Below, piece by piece: positions 23,290 through 35,500 of a DNA stretch of 64,000 nucleotides; position 1 is the stretch's first letter; each line of letters starts with the position of its first letter. Location of the stretch: positions 29,665,631 through 29,729,630 of the forward strand of contig NC_057720.1 in NCBI RefSeq assembly GCF_004010195.1, written 5' to 3'. This DNA is from Chiloscyllium plagiosum. Its lineage: Eukaryota. Position numbers and translations under genes: made by a program. The notes below the pieces were generated by a model. It saw only the letters and a list, made by a program, of their open reading frames with translations. It was not told the origin of the DNA and made no database searches.

Positions 23290-24386
23290 GCTAGGTTGAT
23301 GACACCAAGGCAGCACTTGACTAAGTATGGCATTAAGAATCCTTGCAAACTGGACTCATTGAGAATCAGAGAGAAAACTCTTCATTGGCTGAAGTCATGC
23401 ACAGTGCAAAGGAGGCTGGATGCAGTTTTTGGAGAACATTTATCTCATTTCCAGGCATCTCTGCAAGATTTCCTCAGAGTAGTATCCTAGGTCCAACTAC
23501 TTTCAGCTGCTCCATCAATGACATTCTTTGCATCATTAGGTCTGGAGTGGTATATATGCTCATGATTGCAAAATGTTCTGCACCATTTGCAACTGCTCAG
23601 ATTCTGTAGCAGTCTATGCCCATATGTAGCAAGACCTGGACAGCATCCAGGCTTGGGCTGTTAACAGCCAAATAATTTACATACCATACAAGGGCGGGGA
23701 AATGACCATCTCCAACAAGAGAGAATTTTACCATCACATATTAACACCCGGAGGCATTCCAATTACTGGATCTCCCACTATGAATATCCCAGGGACTACT
23801 TTTGACCAGAAGCTGAATTGGACTTGCTATATAAATACTGTGTCTGCAAGATCAAGTCAGAGGCTAGGAATCCTGTAGCAACTAACTTAATTTCTGGCTC
23901 ACCAAAGCCTGTCTGCCATCTACAAGGTACAGGTCAGGGCTGTGATACAATATTCCCCACTTGCTTGGATAGGTGCAGCTCCAACAACACTCAAAAAGCT
24001 TAACACTATCCAGGAGAAAGCAACCCACCTCATTGTTACTGCATTCACAAAAATTCACTCCCTCCACCACTGATGCTCAATAATAAGTGTGTACTATCTA
24101 CAAAATGCAGATATTCACTTTCCAAACCTGACACCTAGCACCATCTAGAAGAAGAACAGCAGATACACAAAAACACTACCACCTTCAAGATTCACTCCAA
24201 GCTACTCACCATTGAAATTTATCACTCTTTCAAAATCCTGGAACTCCCTCCCTAACAGCATTATGGGTTTTCATATAGCAAGTGAATTGTAGAGGTTTAA
24301 GAAATCAGATCACCACCACCTTCTCAAGGGCAAGTAGGGATGGGCAATAAGTGCTGGCCTAGCCAGCAATGAATGAATTTTAAAAA
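23290..24386 (+). mobile_element. L2/CR1-group LINE 3' fragment (a family distinct from the main CR1)
   Basis: FPQSSILGPTTFSCSINDI RT motif; tail ggatgggcaataagtgctggcctagccagc..aatgaatgaa. Confidence 0.85.
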
Positions 24387-24761
24387 TGTACTGTTACAAA
24401 GTAAGAGTATCCTGCAGATTCTAGATGACAATTCATTTCTTTGAACATTTTGAAACCATGCATGAGTTTCTAGAGGTGGTAATTACTGCTAAAGCCACTT
24501 GTCCACATATGACCTGGGTCATACATTTTATTGAGATTCTTTCCTGTAAGATCAAAAAACTAAGATATCCTTTGTAGAATTACAGATGGTAGTATCAAGT
24601 AGAGCTTTTGAACTGGTTAATGTCATCATCCTTAAATAGCATCAGTTTTACATATTCCAATAAGTTACATGCTATTGCCTTTGCCAGTTATTTCTCTGAG
24701 CTATCTCTCAGTGCCAGTTAGCACTGTTACTGTATTTTCTTTTCCCTGCGTAATGGGTACC

Positions 24762-25217
24762 TGTTTTAAAAAATTCTCAAGGTCAGGTTCGTAGGAGAGT
24801 AGTCTGACACAGAACAAACGACCAAGAGGCGAGTCTGCTAGAATATGGGCATTTTATTCCCCGCAGCGTCGCCACAACCAACGGGTCTGGCTTATACTCA
24901 CTCTACATGTTACCGGAACTGGGAGCCGTCAGTTCTCGTAGAGCGGTTGCCAACAACCCACGCTCGGCGGTTAAACGTAACCCCGGAGCAGACTCACCGA
25001 ACTGGAGACTTTTCCAGCTGATATACTCTTTTCCAGATATAAACATTCATGTGAACAGCAGAGCAAGGCTAAAAAACACATTCCATTCTGGTTACATACA
25101 GATAAGAAGATTCACACGGGGAGGTGTGTAATAAGATTCACACGGGACTAAGCAACACCTCCATTCCGGTTAGATTCACACATGTATTGGGACATAATTT
25201 TTAACCGTTTCACCACA
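24762..25217 (-). mobile_element. Young solo LTR (456 bp) with 5-bp TSD GTACC
   Basis: TG at 24762 and CA at 25216-25217; GTACC at 24757-24761 and 25218-25222; AATAAA on - at ~24853-24858; CpG-rich; internal direct repeats aagattcacacggg x2. Confidence 0.85.
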
Positions 25218-25542
25218 GTACCCTATGGTTGGAATTAACATCAATACATTCCAGAATAATTCAAATAATATATCAGGCACAGATAAATATCCTGCTTAAA
25301 AGCTTTTACAATAACTGAGATTGTCACCTTCCTTCCTCTTCTATTTTTCCAACACATACCCTCTCCATTGTGAAGATCACTTATTTGCAGCTTTCAATAT
25401 TGTCCACCACCATCCCTATCTCAACCATGCTGTTGAAACCTTCATCTATGAATCTTTTCCCCTTGATTTCTCTCTCTCGCTTTGTATTCTAACAAATCAC
25501 CCATAACATTGCATATGAAGCATTTAAAAACTTCAGATTAAC

Positions 25543-26532
25543 AGCAGGGCTCTGTTCTTGGGCCTCTGCTCTTTGTAATTTTTATAAATGACTTGGATGA
25601 GGAGGTTGAGGAGTGGCTTAGTAAATTTGCTGATGACACAAAGGTTGATGGTGCCGTTGATGGTATTGAGGGCTGTTGCAAGCTGCAACGTGACATTGAC
25701 AGGATGCAGAGCTGGGCTGAGAAATGGCAGATGGAGTTCAATCTGGATAAATGCAAAGTGATGCATTTTGGAGGGTCGAACTTGAATGCTGAATATAGGA
25801 TTAAAGACAGGATTCTTGGCAGTGTGGAGGAACAGAGGGATCTTGATGTTCAAGTGCATAGATCCCTCAAAGTTGCAATCCAAGTGGATAGGGTTGTTAA
25901 GAAAACATATGGTACTTTGGCTTTCATTAACAGGGGGATTGAGTTTAAGAGCCGTGAGGTTTTGCTGCAGGTCTACAAAACCCTAGTGAGACCACACTTG
26001 GAGTATTGAGTCCAATTCTGCTTGCCCTATTACAGGAAATATCCGGAGGCTTTGGAAAGGGTGCAAACAAGGTTTAACGGATGCTACCTGGACTGGAGGG
26101 TTTGTCTTATGAAGAGAGGTTGACTAAGCTCGGATCTTTCTCTCTGGAGAGAAGGAGGAAGAGAGGTGACCTGATCAAGGTATATAAGGAAATGAGAGGT
26201 ATGGATAGAGTCGATAGCCAGCGACTTTTCCCCAGGAGAGGATTGACTGCCATGAGGGGTCATAGAGTTAAGGTGTTAGGAGGAAGGTATAGAGGAGACA
26301 TCAGAGGTAGGCTCTTTACACATAGAGTTGTAAATGCATGGAATGCATTGCCAGTGATGGTGGCGTAAACAGAGTCATTAGGGACATTTAAGTGACTGCT
26401 GAACATGCACATGGACAGCAGGGAATTGAGGGGTGCATAGGTTAGGTTATTTTATTTTAGATTGGGATTAATCCTCAGCACAACATTATGGAGTGAAGGG
26501 CCTGTTCTGTGTTGTACTTTTCTATGTTCTAC
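25543..26532 (+). mobile_element. CR1 LINE 3' fragment
   Basis: ORF 25593-26009 SKFADDTK..LQRDIDRMQSWAEKWQMEFN..LVRPHLEY; ttctatgttcta tail. Confidence 0.95.
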
Positions 26533-26607
26533 TGTTTAAAGAAATGATCACTAATTGGAATAGAACAAGTAAAAGCAATTTAGTGCTGATTTCAGTCATT
26601 CATTCAT

Positions 26608-27718
26608 TTTAGAGTCACAGAGTCATAGAGGTGTACAGCACAGGAACAGATCCTTTGGTCCAACTTTTCATGCTGATCAGGTATCCTAAATTAATCTAGT
26701 CCCATTTGCCAACACTTGTCCCACATCTCTCTAAACCCTTCCTATACATGTACCCACCCAGATTTCTTTCAAATGCTATAACTGTACCAGCCTCCACCAC
26801 TTCCTCTAGAAGTTCACTCCATACATGTACCACCCTTTGCATGAAAAAGTTGCCCCATAGGTCTCTTTTAAAATTTTCCCCTCTCACCTTATACTTATGC
26901 CTTCTAGTTCTGGACTCCTACAACCCAGGGAAAAGACCTTATCTACTTATCCTATCCATGTCCCTCATGATTTTCTAAACCTCTATATGGTCACCCGTCA
27001 GCCTCTGACGCTCCAGGGAAAACAGTCCCAGCCTATTCAGCTTCTCCCTATAGCTCAAACCGTCCAACCTTCCAACACATTTGTGTACATCTTTTCTGAA
27101 TCCTTTCAAGTTTCACAACATCCTTCTGATAGAAGGGAGACCAGAATTGCACACAATGTTCCAAAAGTGGCCTTACCAATATCCTGTACAGCTGCAAGAT
27201 AACCTCCCAACTTCTATAGTCAATGCTCTGACCAATAAAGGAAAGCTTACAAAACATCTTCGTCACTATCCTATCTATCCAAGTCTCCACTTTCAAGGAA
27301 CTATGGACCTGCACTCCAAGGTCTCTTTGTTCAGCAACACTCCTCAGGACCTTACCATTATGTATATAAGCCCTGCCCTGAACTGCCTTTCCAAGATGCA
27401 GCACCTTACGTTTATCTAAATTAAACTCCATCTTCCACTACTCAGCTCATTGGCTCATCTGATCAAGATGCTGTTGCACTCTGAGGTAACCTCTCCACTA
27501 CACCTCCAATTTTAGAGTCATCTGCTATCTTTTTAATTATATCTCCTATGTTCACATCCAAATCATTTATGTAAATGATTAAAAGCAGTGGACCCAGCAC
27601 TGATCCGTGTGGAACACCACTGGTCACAGCACTCTAGTCTGAACAGCAATCTCCCACCACCACCTCTGTCTTCCACCTTCGAAACAGTTCTGTATCCAAA
27701 TGGCTAGTTCACCCTATA
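26608..27718 (-). mobile_element. CR1 LINE 3' fragment
   Basis: ORF 27048-27431 MEFNLDK..LVRPLLEHCVQFWSP; GVPHGSVLGP motif at ~27590-27620; agagtcatagag tail. Confidence 0.95.
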
Positions 27719-27953
27719 TTTTATTCAAAACTTTCTGTCACTATATATTTTGAATCTATTTTGTTACTAAATAAATAGCAAAAGCTGCAGTAATTTGGAA
27801 AGCAGAGAAGTTGAGTTTGGTTTTGAACTTCAGAACTGCAATACAATATGCCCTGAGGAACTGAGAATCACACATCTAAGTGCTACGGTGCTGTCACAAG
27901 TAGGACAGTGCAAGTGCTGTGTGGAAAATCAGTGCAAGCAGTTTACACAATAT

Positions 27954-28272
27954 ATTAGATTAGATAGATTACTTACAGTGTGGAAACAGGCCCTTCGGCC
28001 CAACAAGTCCACACCGACCTGCCGCAGCGTAACCCACCCATTCCCGTACATTTACCCCTTTACCTAACACTACGGGCAATTTAGCATGGCCAATTCACCT
28101 GACATGCACATCTTTGGACTGTGTGAGGAAACCGGAGCACCCGGAGGAAACCCACGCAGACACGGGGAGAATGTGCAAACTCCACACAGTCAGTTACCTG
28201 AGTCGGGAATTGAACCCGGGTCTCTGGCGCTGTGAGGCAGCAGTGCTAATCACTGTGCCACCGTGCCACCCC
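27954..28272 (-). mobile_element. Full-length HE1-type V-SINE (elasmobranch)
   Basis: tRNA-like head with A/B boxes (GGTTCAATTCC), V-domain GTGTGGAGTTTGCACATTCTCCCCGTGTCTGCGTGGGTTTCCTCCGGGTGCTCCGGTTTCCTC, CR1-like tail with TAATC repeats. Confidence 0.93.
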
Positions 28273-28374
28273 ATATATGAGCATTGGAGTTTCTAATGGC
28301 ATAAATGTGAAACGCATTAAGCAGGCAAGTACCAACAAAGTAGAAGTAATAAATATTTTTACATTTTTTTGTTT

Positions 28375-29680
28375 TGTTAATTCACAAAATATGGGCATTA
28401 CTGGTTAGACCAGCATTTATTGTCCATTTCTAATTGTCACAGAGAAGGGGGTGGTGGTGCAAAGCCTTCTTGAACTACAGGGTATTGTAGATCATGGACA
28501 AACAATTGTGTTGGACAGGGATTTCCAAGAATTTGACCCAGTATTTGGTGAAGGTACAGCATTGTAGTTCTACGTCAGGATGATGGGTGGCTCAGAGGGA
28601 AACTTGTAGGTGGTGGTGTTCCCACGTATCTTGTCCATTGTTATTCTATATGTAGAGTTTGTGAGTTTGGAAAGTTCTGTCGATGAAGCCTTGGTGAGTT
28701 TTGTACCTTGGAGATTGTACACAGCATGTAGTCCTGCCAATTCTGCATTGGTGGTGGAGGAAGTGAATGCTAAAAGCAATCGATGAGGCGATAATCAAGT
28801 GGACTGGATGGTGCTGAGCTTCTAGATTGTTGTTAGAGAATATTCTATCACATCCCTGACTTGTGCCTTGTAAATGGTGGAAAGGTTTAGAGAAATCAAG
28901 AGGTGAATTAATTGTAGAATTCCTAGCCTCCTGTATTCCCATGTAGTCACAATATGTATTTCATAGAGTCATAGAGATGTATAACTTTGGTCCAATTCAT
29001 CCATGCCAAGCAGATATCCCAACACAATCTAGTCCCATCTGCCAGCACCCACCCCATATCCCTCCAAACCCTTCCTATTCATATACCCATCCAGATTCCT
29101 TTTAAATGTTACCAGCCTCCACCACTTCCTCTGGCAGCCCATTCCACACGCGCACCAGCTTCTGCATTAAAAAGTTGCCCCTGAGGTCTCTTTTATATCT
29201 TGCCCCTCTCTCCCTAAACCTATGCCCTCTCATTCTGGACTCCCCCACCCCAGGGAACAGACTTTATCTATTTATCCTATGTATGCCCCGCATGATTTTA
29301 TAAGCCTCTATGAGGTCACCCCTCAACCTCCAACACTCCAGGGAAAACAGCCCCAGCCTATTCAGACTCTCCCTATAGCTCAGCTCCTCCAACCCTGGCA
29401 ACATCCTTGTAAATCTTTCTGAACCCTTTCAAGTTTCACAACATCTTTTCAATAGGAAGGAGATCAGAATTGCACGCAATATTCCAACAGTGGCCTAACT
29501 AATGCCCTGTACAGCCGTAACATGGCTTCCCAACTCTTATGCTCAATGCTCTAACCAATAAAGGAAAGTATACCAAATACCTTCTTCATTATCCTATCTA
29601 ACTGCTTCAGTATCTGAGAAGTTGCAAATACTGTGGACCATTGTGCAACCATCAGAGAACATATCCATCTCCAAACTTAT
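28375..29680 (-). mobile_element. L2/CR1-group LINE (same family as 23290), interrupted by a CR1 at 28962-29602
   Basis: Reverse complement similarity to 23560-24380; resumes at ~29603. Confidence 0.8.
28962..29602 (-). mobile_element. CR1 LINE 3' fragment
   Basis: Close match to the 10992-11516 copy; catagagtcatagag tail. Confidence 0.92.
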
Positions 29681-29905
29681 AATTATAATTCTCGATATTG
29701 AGTTGCATTTTCTAAAACCTGCAAAACAATTTATGTTCCCATGTTCCCTCGTTGTTTTCCATGCCCCTTAATTTTACATCACCAACAATCTTTAGTGGTA
29801 TTCTTCCTGTACCTGTGTTCAAATAATTTAATCACTGACTGCCTCATGTCTTTCTAGGTAATCCCTAATTTCATCCAGCTTTTGACTTCTAGGGGGCATA
29901 ATTTC

Positions 29906-30524
29906 ATCCCCTCTCCTCCCCATCCGCTTCCCAGAAAGATCTTCCTCTGCAACTCCCTTGTCAGGTCTATGTCCCTGACCAACCCACCCTCCCCTCCTGG
30001 CACCTTCCCCTGCCACCGCAGAAATTGCAAAACCTGCCCTTCACCTCCATCCAAGGCACCAAGGGAGCCTTCCACATCCGTCAGAGTTTTACCTGCACTT
30101 CCACACTTCATTTACTGTATCCGTTGCTCCCGATGCAGTCTCCTCTACATTGGGGTGACAGGGCACCTATTTGCAGAGTGCTTCAGAGAACATCTCCGGG
30201 ACACCCATACCAATCAATCCCACTGCCCTGTGGCCAAATACTTCAACTCCCCCTCCTGCTCAGGACATGTAAATCCTGGGCCTCCTTCACCGCCACTCCC
30301 AAACCACATGATGCCCGGAGGAAGAACACCTCATCTTCCACCTAGGGACCCTCCAAACCCACAACATCAATGTGGATTTCACCAATTTCCTCATTTCCAT
30401 TCCTAATGACGGGCTTTTGCCCGAAATGTCGATTTTCCTGCTCCTTGGATGCTGCCTGACCTGCTGTACTTTTCCAGCACCACACTCTGGACTCTAATCT
30501 CCAGCATCTGCAGTCCTCATGTTC
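29906..30524 (+). mobile_element. Penelope-like (Neptune-type) 5'-truncated copy: Cys-rich linker + GIY-YIG endonuclease (frameshifted) + family A terminal repeat
   Basis: GTFPCHRRNCKTC..IYCIRCSRCSLLYIGVTGHLFAECFREHLR..PVAKYFNSP; decayed core CTAATGACGGGCTTTTGCCCGAAATGTC at 30403-30430; TSD gcataatttc at 29896-29905 and 30525-30534. Confidence 0.92.
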
Positions 30525-30949
30525 GCATAATTTCCCAACTGACATTGGTCTTGGGGACGTTCTTTGTCAGTCACCCAGTCAAATGTCTTCTGGTAGATGT
30601 ACCCACAATCAGAGACCGATTGTTTGGTCCAGATTAACCACTCTCCATTTTCTGAATAGGTTTGTTACAATTGCCATTCTCCATTATGTTGGCACAGCTC
30701 CTGTTTTCAAATATTTTGAGCAAATTTCAACTGTTTTCTTCTCAACATCCTTCAGTACCCTGGGATGCATGGTAGCTGGATCTAGCCGTATGAGATCCAT
30801 TTAGTCACATTCAGTTGGGTGTGTGGAGCACCCTTCTTTCGACTACCCTCCCTCGAAATCCTACTGTCTCTTTCTCATCTTCCCCTGGAAAGACTGAGAC
30901 AAAGTATATTTTCTAAGAATCTGCCTCACTTTGAATGCAAGGTGTGCCT

Positions 30950-33900
30950 CCATTCCTGAACGGTAAATAAATGGGAGAATTAATTAGTTGACCGGACACT
31001 GTGGCTTTCACTTAAAGCGATAGCCTTTTTCATATTGCGACAGTTCCAGACTCTCTGGTTTCATATCTGCTGCTTTGTAGGTCTGCATTCATGTCCCTGA
31101 GCATGCACGAACTTAAGTTCAAGAATTTTCCACCAAACCTTTTTACTTCGAGCTAATAGATGATTCTTTTTCTCTTATGTGTGGAGTGAGTTCAAATCCG
31201 GGATCCCAGAGGTACAAGGGAGAGACCACCCAGATCTGCGCCTCTGGGCATTAATCATCATTCAGCCTTAATAGCCTCAAAGAGGGAACATTTATTAATG
31301 AAATTTAAAAATTGTGGGTACTTAACAAAAAAAGTGCCGTGATATGTGGAAATCTCTATCAATCAAAACTCCTCTTGATTTAGAACTCAAAGTTATTTTC
31401 TAAATGACCTTAGCCTGATTTCTATTAGCACTGATGGGGAAAGTGAGGGAACAGGATAGTCATTCTGCACAGCAGCAAAAACAAAAGCGATTATGAGCAG
31501 TACAGTGTCTAAAATGTGTATTAAGATCATTTATTCATACATGACTACCTTTGCCCTAGACCTGTACATTTTCCTCCCGTTCCTGCAGCTTTCTTCTTTT
31601 TGTCATTTTTTTTCTTATGTTTAACCATGACATTTTTTTTGCTTACATCCCCTCACTGTTATTTGAATTTAACAAGTCGGCTCGAATGCATGGCTGTGTC
31701 TCAGCGGGTGAGAAAAAGGCTCACTGGGGAGTCTTTGTTAAAACTGTTAAGTATTAATTTCTTCTGACGAATTTCCGCTGTCATTTCCTTAATATTGTGC
31801 ACATGAAATAATCATGTCTTAAACCCGCCAGTAATTGAAGATGATTTTCATTACACTGGCATCCTGGGAGCAATAATTTTTAACATATGAGATTTTAAAA
31901 CCTCTTAGCAAGATGTTTTATACCTCATGCAGTTACACGCAGTCTTTAACTCTCTCACACTCAGTCTCTCACCCTCTCTGCCTCAGCTTTTCGCTATTTC
32001 TGAGTTTCTGTTTCTCGGTTTGTTGTTTGAAACCGTCTAGTTTCCGTCTCTTCGTGTTATATTCTCTCATCTTGAGATGTATTCAGTTTTCATGTTTGCT
32101 TTTGTTTTAAACCCTGTTTTTTCCCCAGCCTCTTTTGTAAAAAATAGCTATATGTTGTGAAATATTTTCTGTCATTGGCAAAAAAAAAGGCTTATTTTTA
32201 TTTGTAACCCCCTTCCCCGTAGAAAGCCCTCTGGTCTTCCCTCAGCCTCCCTCAGCGGTCTGTAGCCTGCTGTATGGAGCTGACGGTGTTATTGCAGGGT
32301 CACTGTACAGGTGAAGTGGTTTGTACAGGATTAAATGGGCAATTCCTGTTTTATTTTCTCTCTCTCTCCCCCGCCCCGCTCCTGATCCAGCTGTTTCTCT
32401 GCAGTGTGCTCTGCTCAGTGACCTGGAATGGACTCATCCCCTTGTCAGATAAATTCGAGTAACAAGTGCAGCCCCAGTCTACTGCTTATGGAGCTCTGCT
32501 ATCGGGACTCATTGGCGTCACTTACTTTTCTTGTCCCTCAACCTGTTTGTTCTTCCTTCCTCACTTTCTCAGCACCTCTGGTTGCGTTTAATATCGTTAT
32601 TCCCCCGTATCATTTTTTAAAATCCGCTCCCACCCCGCTTTCCATTATATATAGTGTTCCTCTGCCTCCCTGCTTTCTCAACTCTCCCTCTGCCTGTGAT
32701 GTTGCCAATGCCTTCCCCACAATCGCCCCTTGTTTGATTTCGGTCTTTCATTCCCCTTGCCCCCTCTTTCTTTCTCAGCCTGTCCACCAGGGCATCCCCC
32801 TCACCAAATACCTCGGTGATGGCTGCTCGAAGTGCTGAGATTTATTAGTGTTTATGCTGGGAGTAGCAGGCAGCCCCGCTGCTGAGCTGCATGAACCCAG
32901 CACGCCGTAGATTGGGATTTGTCCGCCTTGTATCTGGGAAGCGATTTATCAGACGAGTGCGAGCCAGAGGCGCCGGCTGCCACCTTCCCTTGCCTTTCAC
33001 AGAGGCCACTGGGGTACAAACGCGCTGATCACAAAATCTATGTGCGCAATCATATTTCTCTTTAGGTGCGATGAAGCAGTAATACTTGTCACCGCCTGAT
33101 GAAAGTCATTATTCTGATTAAGTCCCTAAAATATTTCATTTGTCAGTGACACTCCTTAAGTACTTCCCCACTTGCGAGCAGCCAACTGTGTCTATTGACT
33201 ATGTAGCACGTCAATTTACATCGCCAGCGACAACATTATTGTCGCTAATGTGCCCGACAATACGCACCTATCAAACTCTCCCATTTCTCCTCGGCTTGCC
33301 CTCATATTTGAAGGTTGTCTGCTTTTAAAAAAAAAATGCATTTTTTTTGGATATTCATTTCCAATGTCATAAATTTCAATTTGCGGCTGCAAATTCACCC
33401 ATTATCACCTGCAACAAACTTTACACTCATTCTGCCAAATGGAATGCAATTTGCTCCCAATGACTATCAAATGAAACCTGGATGTGAATTCATTGTGTGT
33501 GTTTCTTGTTCACCTCCCCCCCCCCCCCCCCCTCACCATTTTGTAGGAATTACCCCTCGCCCAGAACCTCCTTTACCTTCCCGCCTGCATTAGTGAAAGT
33601 TCTATTTATTTTTTTTCTCTATTCCTTCTGCCCGACCAAGGTTTTTAACATTTAAATGACGGAGAGAATTGAATGATCTGTCAAGACCTCCTAAGTGCAC
33701 AAGACAGAGTGACAACATTAAAATAGCCGGCGAATGCACACTGAACAAATAAGTTGAGATGTAACATAATAATGTTTTTTTTTGTTCGCGAGTTCCTGAC
33801 AAATTTATTGAATAAAAAGGAGCACTCAACCCTATCGCACTACAGATTGCTTCACAGATCCTCTTTTCATTTTGCAACACATTATGAGAACTTTTCTTGG

Positions 33901-34600
33901 TCCGCCTTGACTCTGGACTCGGGGTTGGTTTGCACCAACAGCGCCCAGTACTTTCTCCCGGTTGTAAGATAAGTCAAGTCTCATTGGTTTTTCTGTGAAT
34001 CTCGAGGTTTTTCATTTTTTTCTGTGTGGAGTGACAGTTCTCACGGTCTCACTCAACAGTAATCCACAGATCTCGCGGATTATTGCGTTTAAATCTGTAA
34101 ATGATTACTTTTAACTCCGCAAATGATTACTTTTAGCGGTTATACGCGAGAAGACAGTTCACAACTTTCCTCAACACAGTTCCTCCAATAAATCCTGCCC
34201 ATGAACCCTTTGTTCGGGGATTGTACAATTTAGAGGGTTAACTTGAGTGATGCTTGAGGAATTAACAGCTGTAACAGGGTTACTCTTATTATAACGAAAT
34301 CATTTGTAGTTGATTCCCAGTAAATTCCCTGGCGAATAAATGTTATCATTTAGTACTTGCCGCACTGAAAATTAACATTTGGTATCACATCAGAGGATTT
34401 TACTGCGAACCCCTCGTTGTGTATTCGGGATTCTGGTTGGAGTCCTCCTGTTGCTAAAATCCAAATGAAATTTATGCACAAAACTGGGTAACTTCTGGCT
34501 TCCAGTTTTGGGTCAGCCTTCTTAACAAACCTTTTTAACAAACCTTGATTTTTAAAGCGATGGTCTCATCCTATTATTACAGAAAAAATGTTTATTTCCA
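30950..34600. promoter_or_regulatory. TE-free, CpG-retaining regulatory block (enhancer/promoter-like)
   Basis: About 3.6 kb without recognisable repeats; CpGs visibly more frequent (32.2-33.3 and 33.6-34.4 kb); pyrimidine-rich tracts; many homeobox-type motifs. Confidence 0.5.
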
Positions 34601-35319
34601 TAAATATTATTTTAATTCAGATCACAAATACGCCCAAGTGAAATTGCCAAATTGTAATAAATACAGTAATTGCATTCTTGTATATTATTTTATTATAATG
34701 TGTTTTAAATAAGCTATTCCTCTGCCTAAAGTATCAAGCTACTCTTCAAAATATCAAAAGATCAAGTAACATTAAAAAGATTTCATTGCAACAGGTAACA
34801 TTCATGATGCCTAATAAGCTGAAGTTAAAGTATCAAGCAATTCCCTGTGAACCTCAATAATCTCATTGACACTTCAGTCCCTCAACATCAATGTTGTTTC
34901 ACCTTCTCACTCTCTTTGTTAAGGTTTTTCATCTTTTATCTTGATGGTCTAATAAATTTAGAACTTATCAGGATATCAACATTACTCTTAAATTAGTCAA
35001 CACACAAACAGCAGTTACTTCAGTAAAACATAGATACCAGTGATATATTTTCAATATTATATAAATTATCATGTTATTGTGCACAAAATATCACTTAAGC
35101 CTTTTTAAAGAAATGCTTTCTGAAAGTGAAAATCTCCAAAATGATTATGTCCTGGCAAGATATAAATGTCATTCATTCTGTATTGCTCAGACACAGAGCA
35201 CACAACACTGTAACTAACTGATTAAAGCAGCAGGACCAGGCAATGTCTTTAATTCTCTTCAATCTTCAAACTGTGATGTTAATAGAAACCAAACCCAATC
35301 TAATACCAGTGGTGCAGGT

Positions 35320-35500
35320 AAGGTCATTAAATATTTTTACGTTGAGGTGGATAGATTATTGACTAACAAGGGAGTCAAAATTATTGGGATAGACAGAAAT
35401 GTGGAGTTGAGGCCACAAACTGATCAGCTATGGCCTCTTTAAAAGGGGGAATAGGCATGTGGGGCCAAATCCAGCTCATAAGTTGTCTGTTCATACGGAT
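35320..35500 (+). mobile_element. Old CR1 3' UTR tip
   Basis: ggatagattattgactaacaagggagtcaa..tggagttgaggccac..gatcagctatg. Confidence 0.6.

Noticed and set aside
25593..26009. RT-like ORFs as functional CDS (also 27048, 29882, 58938)
   Set aside because: All are 5'-truncated, frameshifted or stop-interrupted retroelement fragments.
28195..28272. tRNA gene-like sequence (also 48165-48237)
   Set aside because: It is the tRNA-derived head of HE1 SINEs, not a tRNA gene.
32428..32838. 136-aa ORF in the CpG-rich block
   Set aside because: Pro/Ser/Leu/Phe bias from a pyrimidine-rich tract; no recognisable domain.
33067..33117. C/D-box snoRNA-like or hammerhead-like motif (cgatga..cctgatgaaag..ctga)
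   Set aside because: Too short, no terminal stem, and no helix II followed by GAAA.
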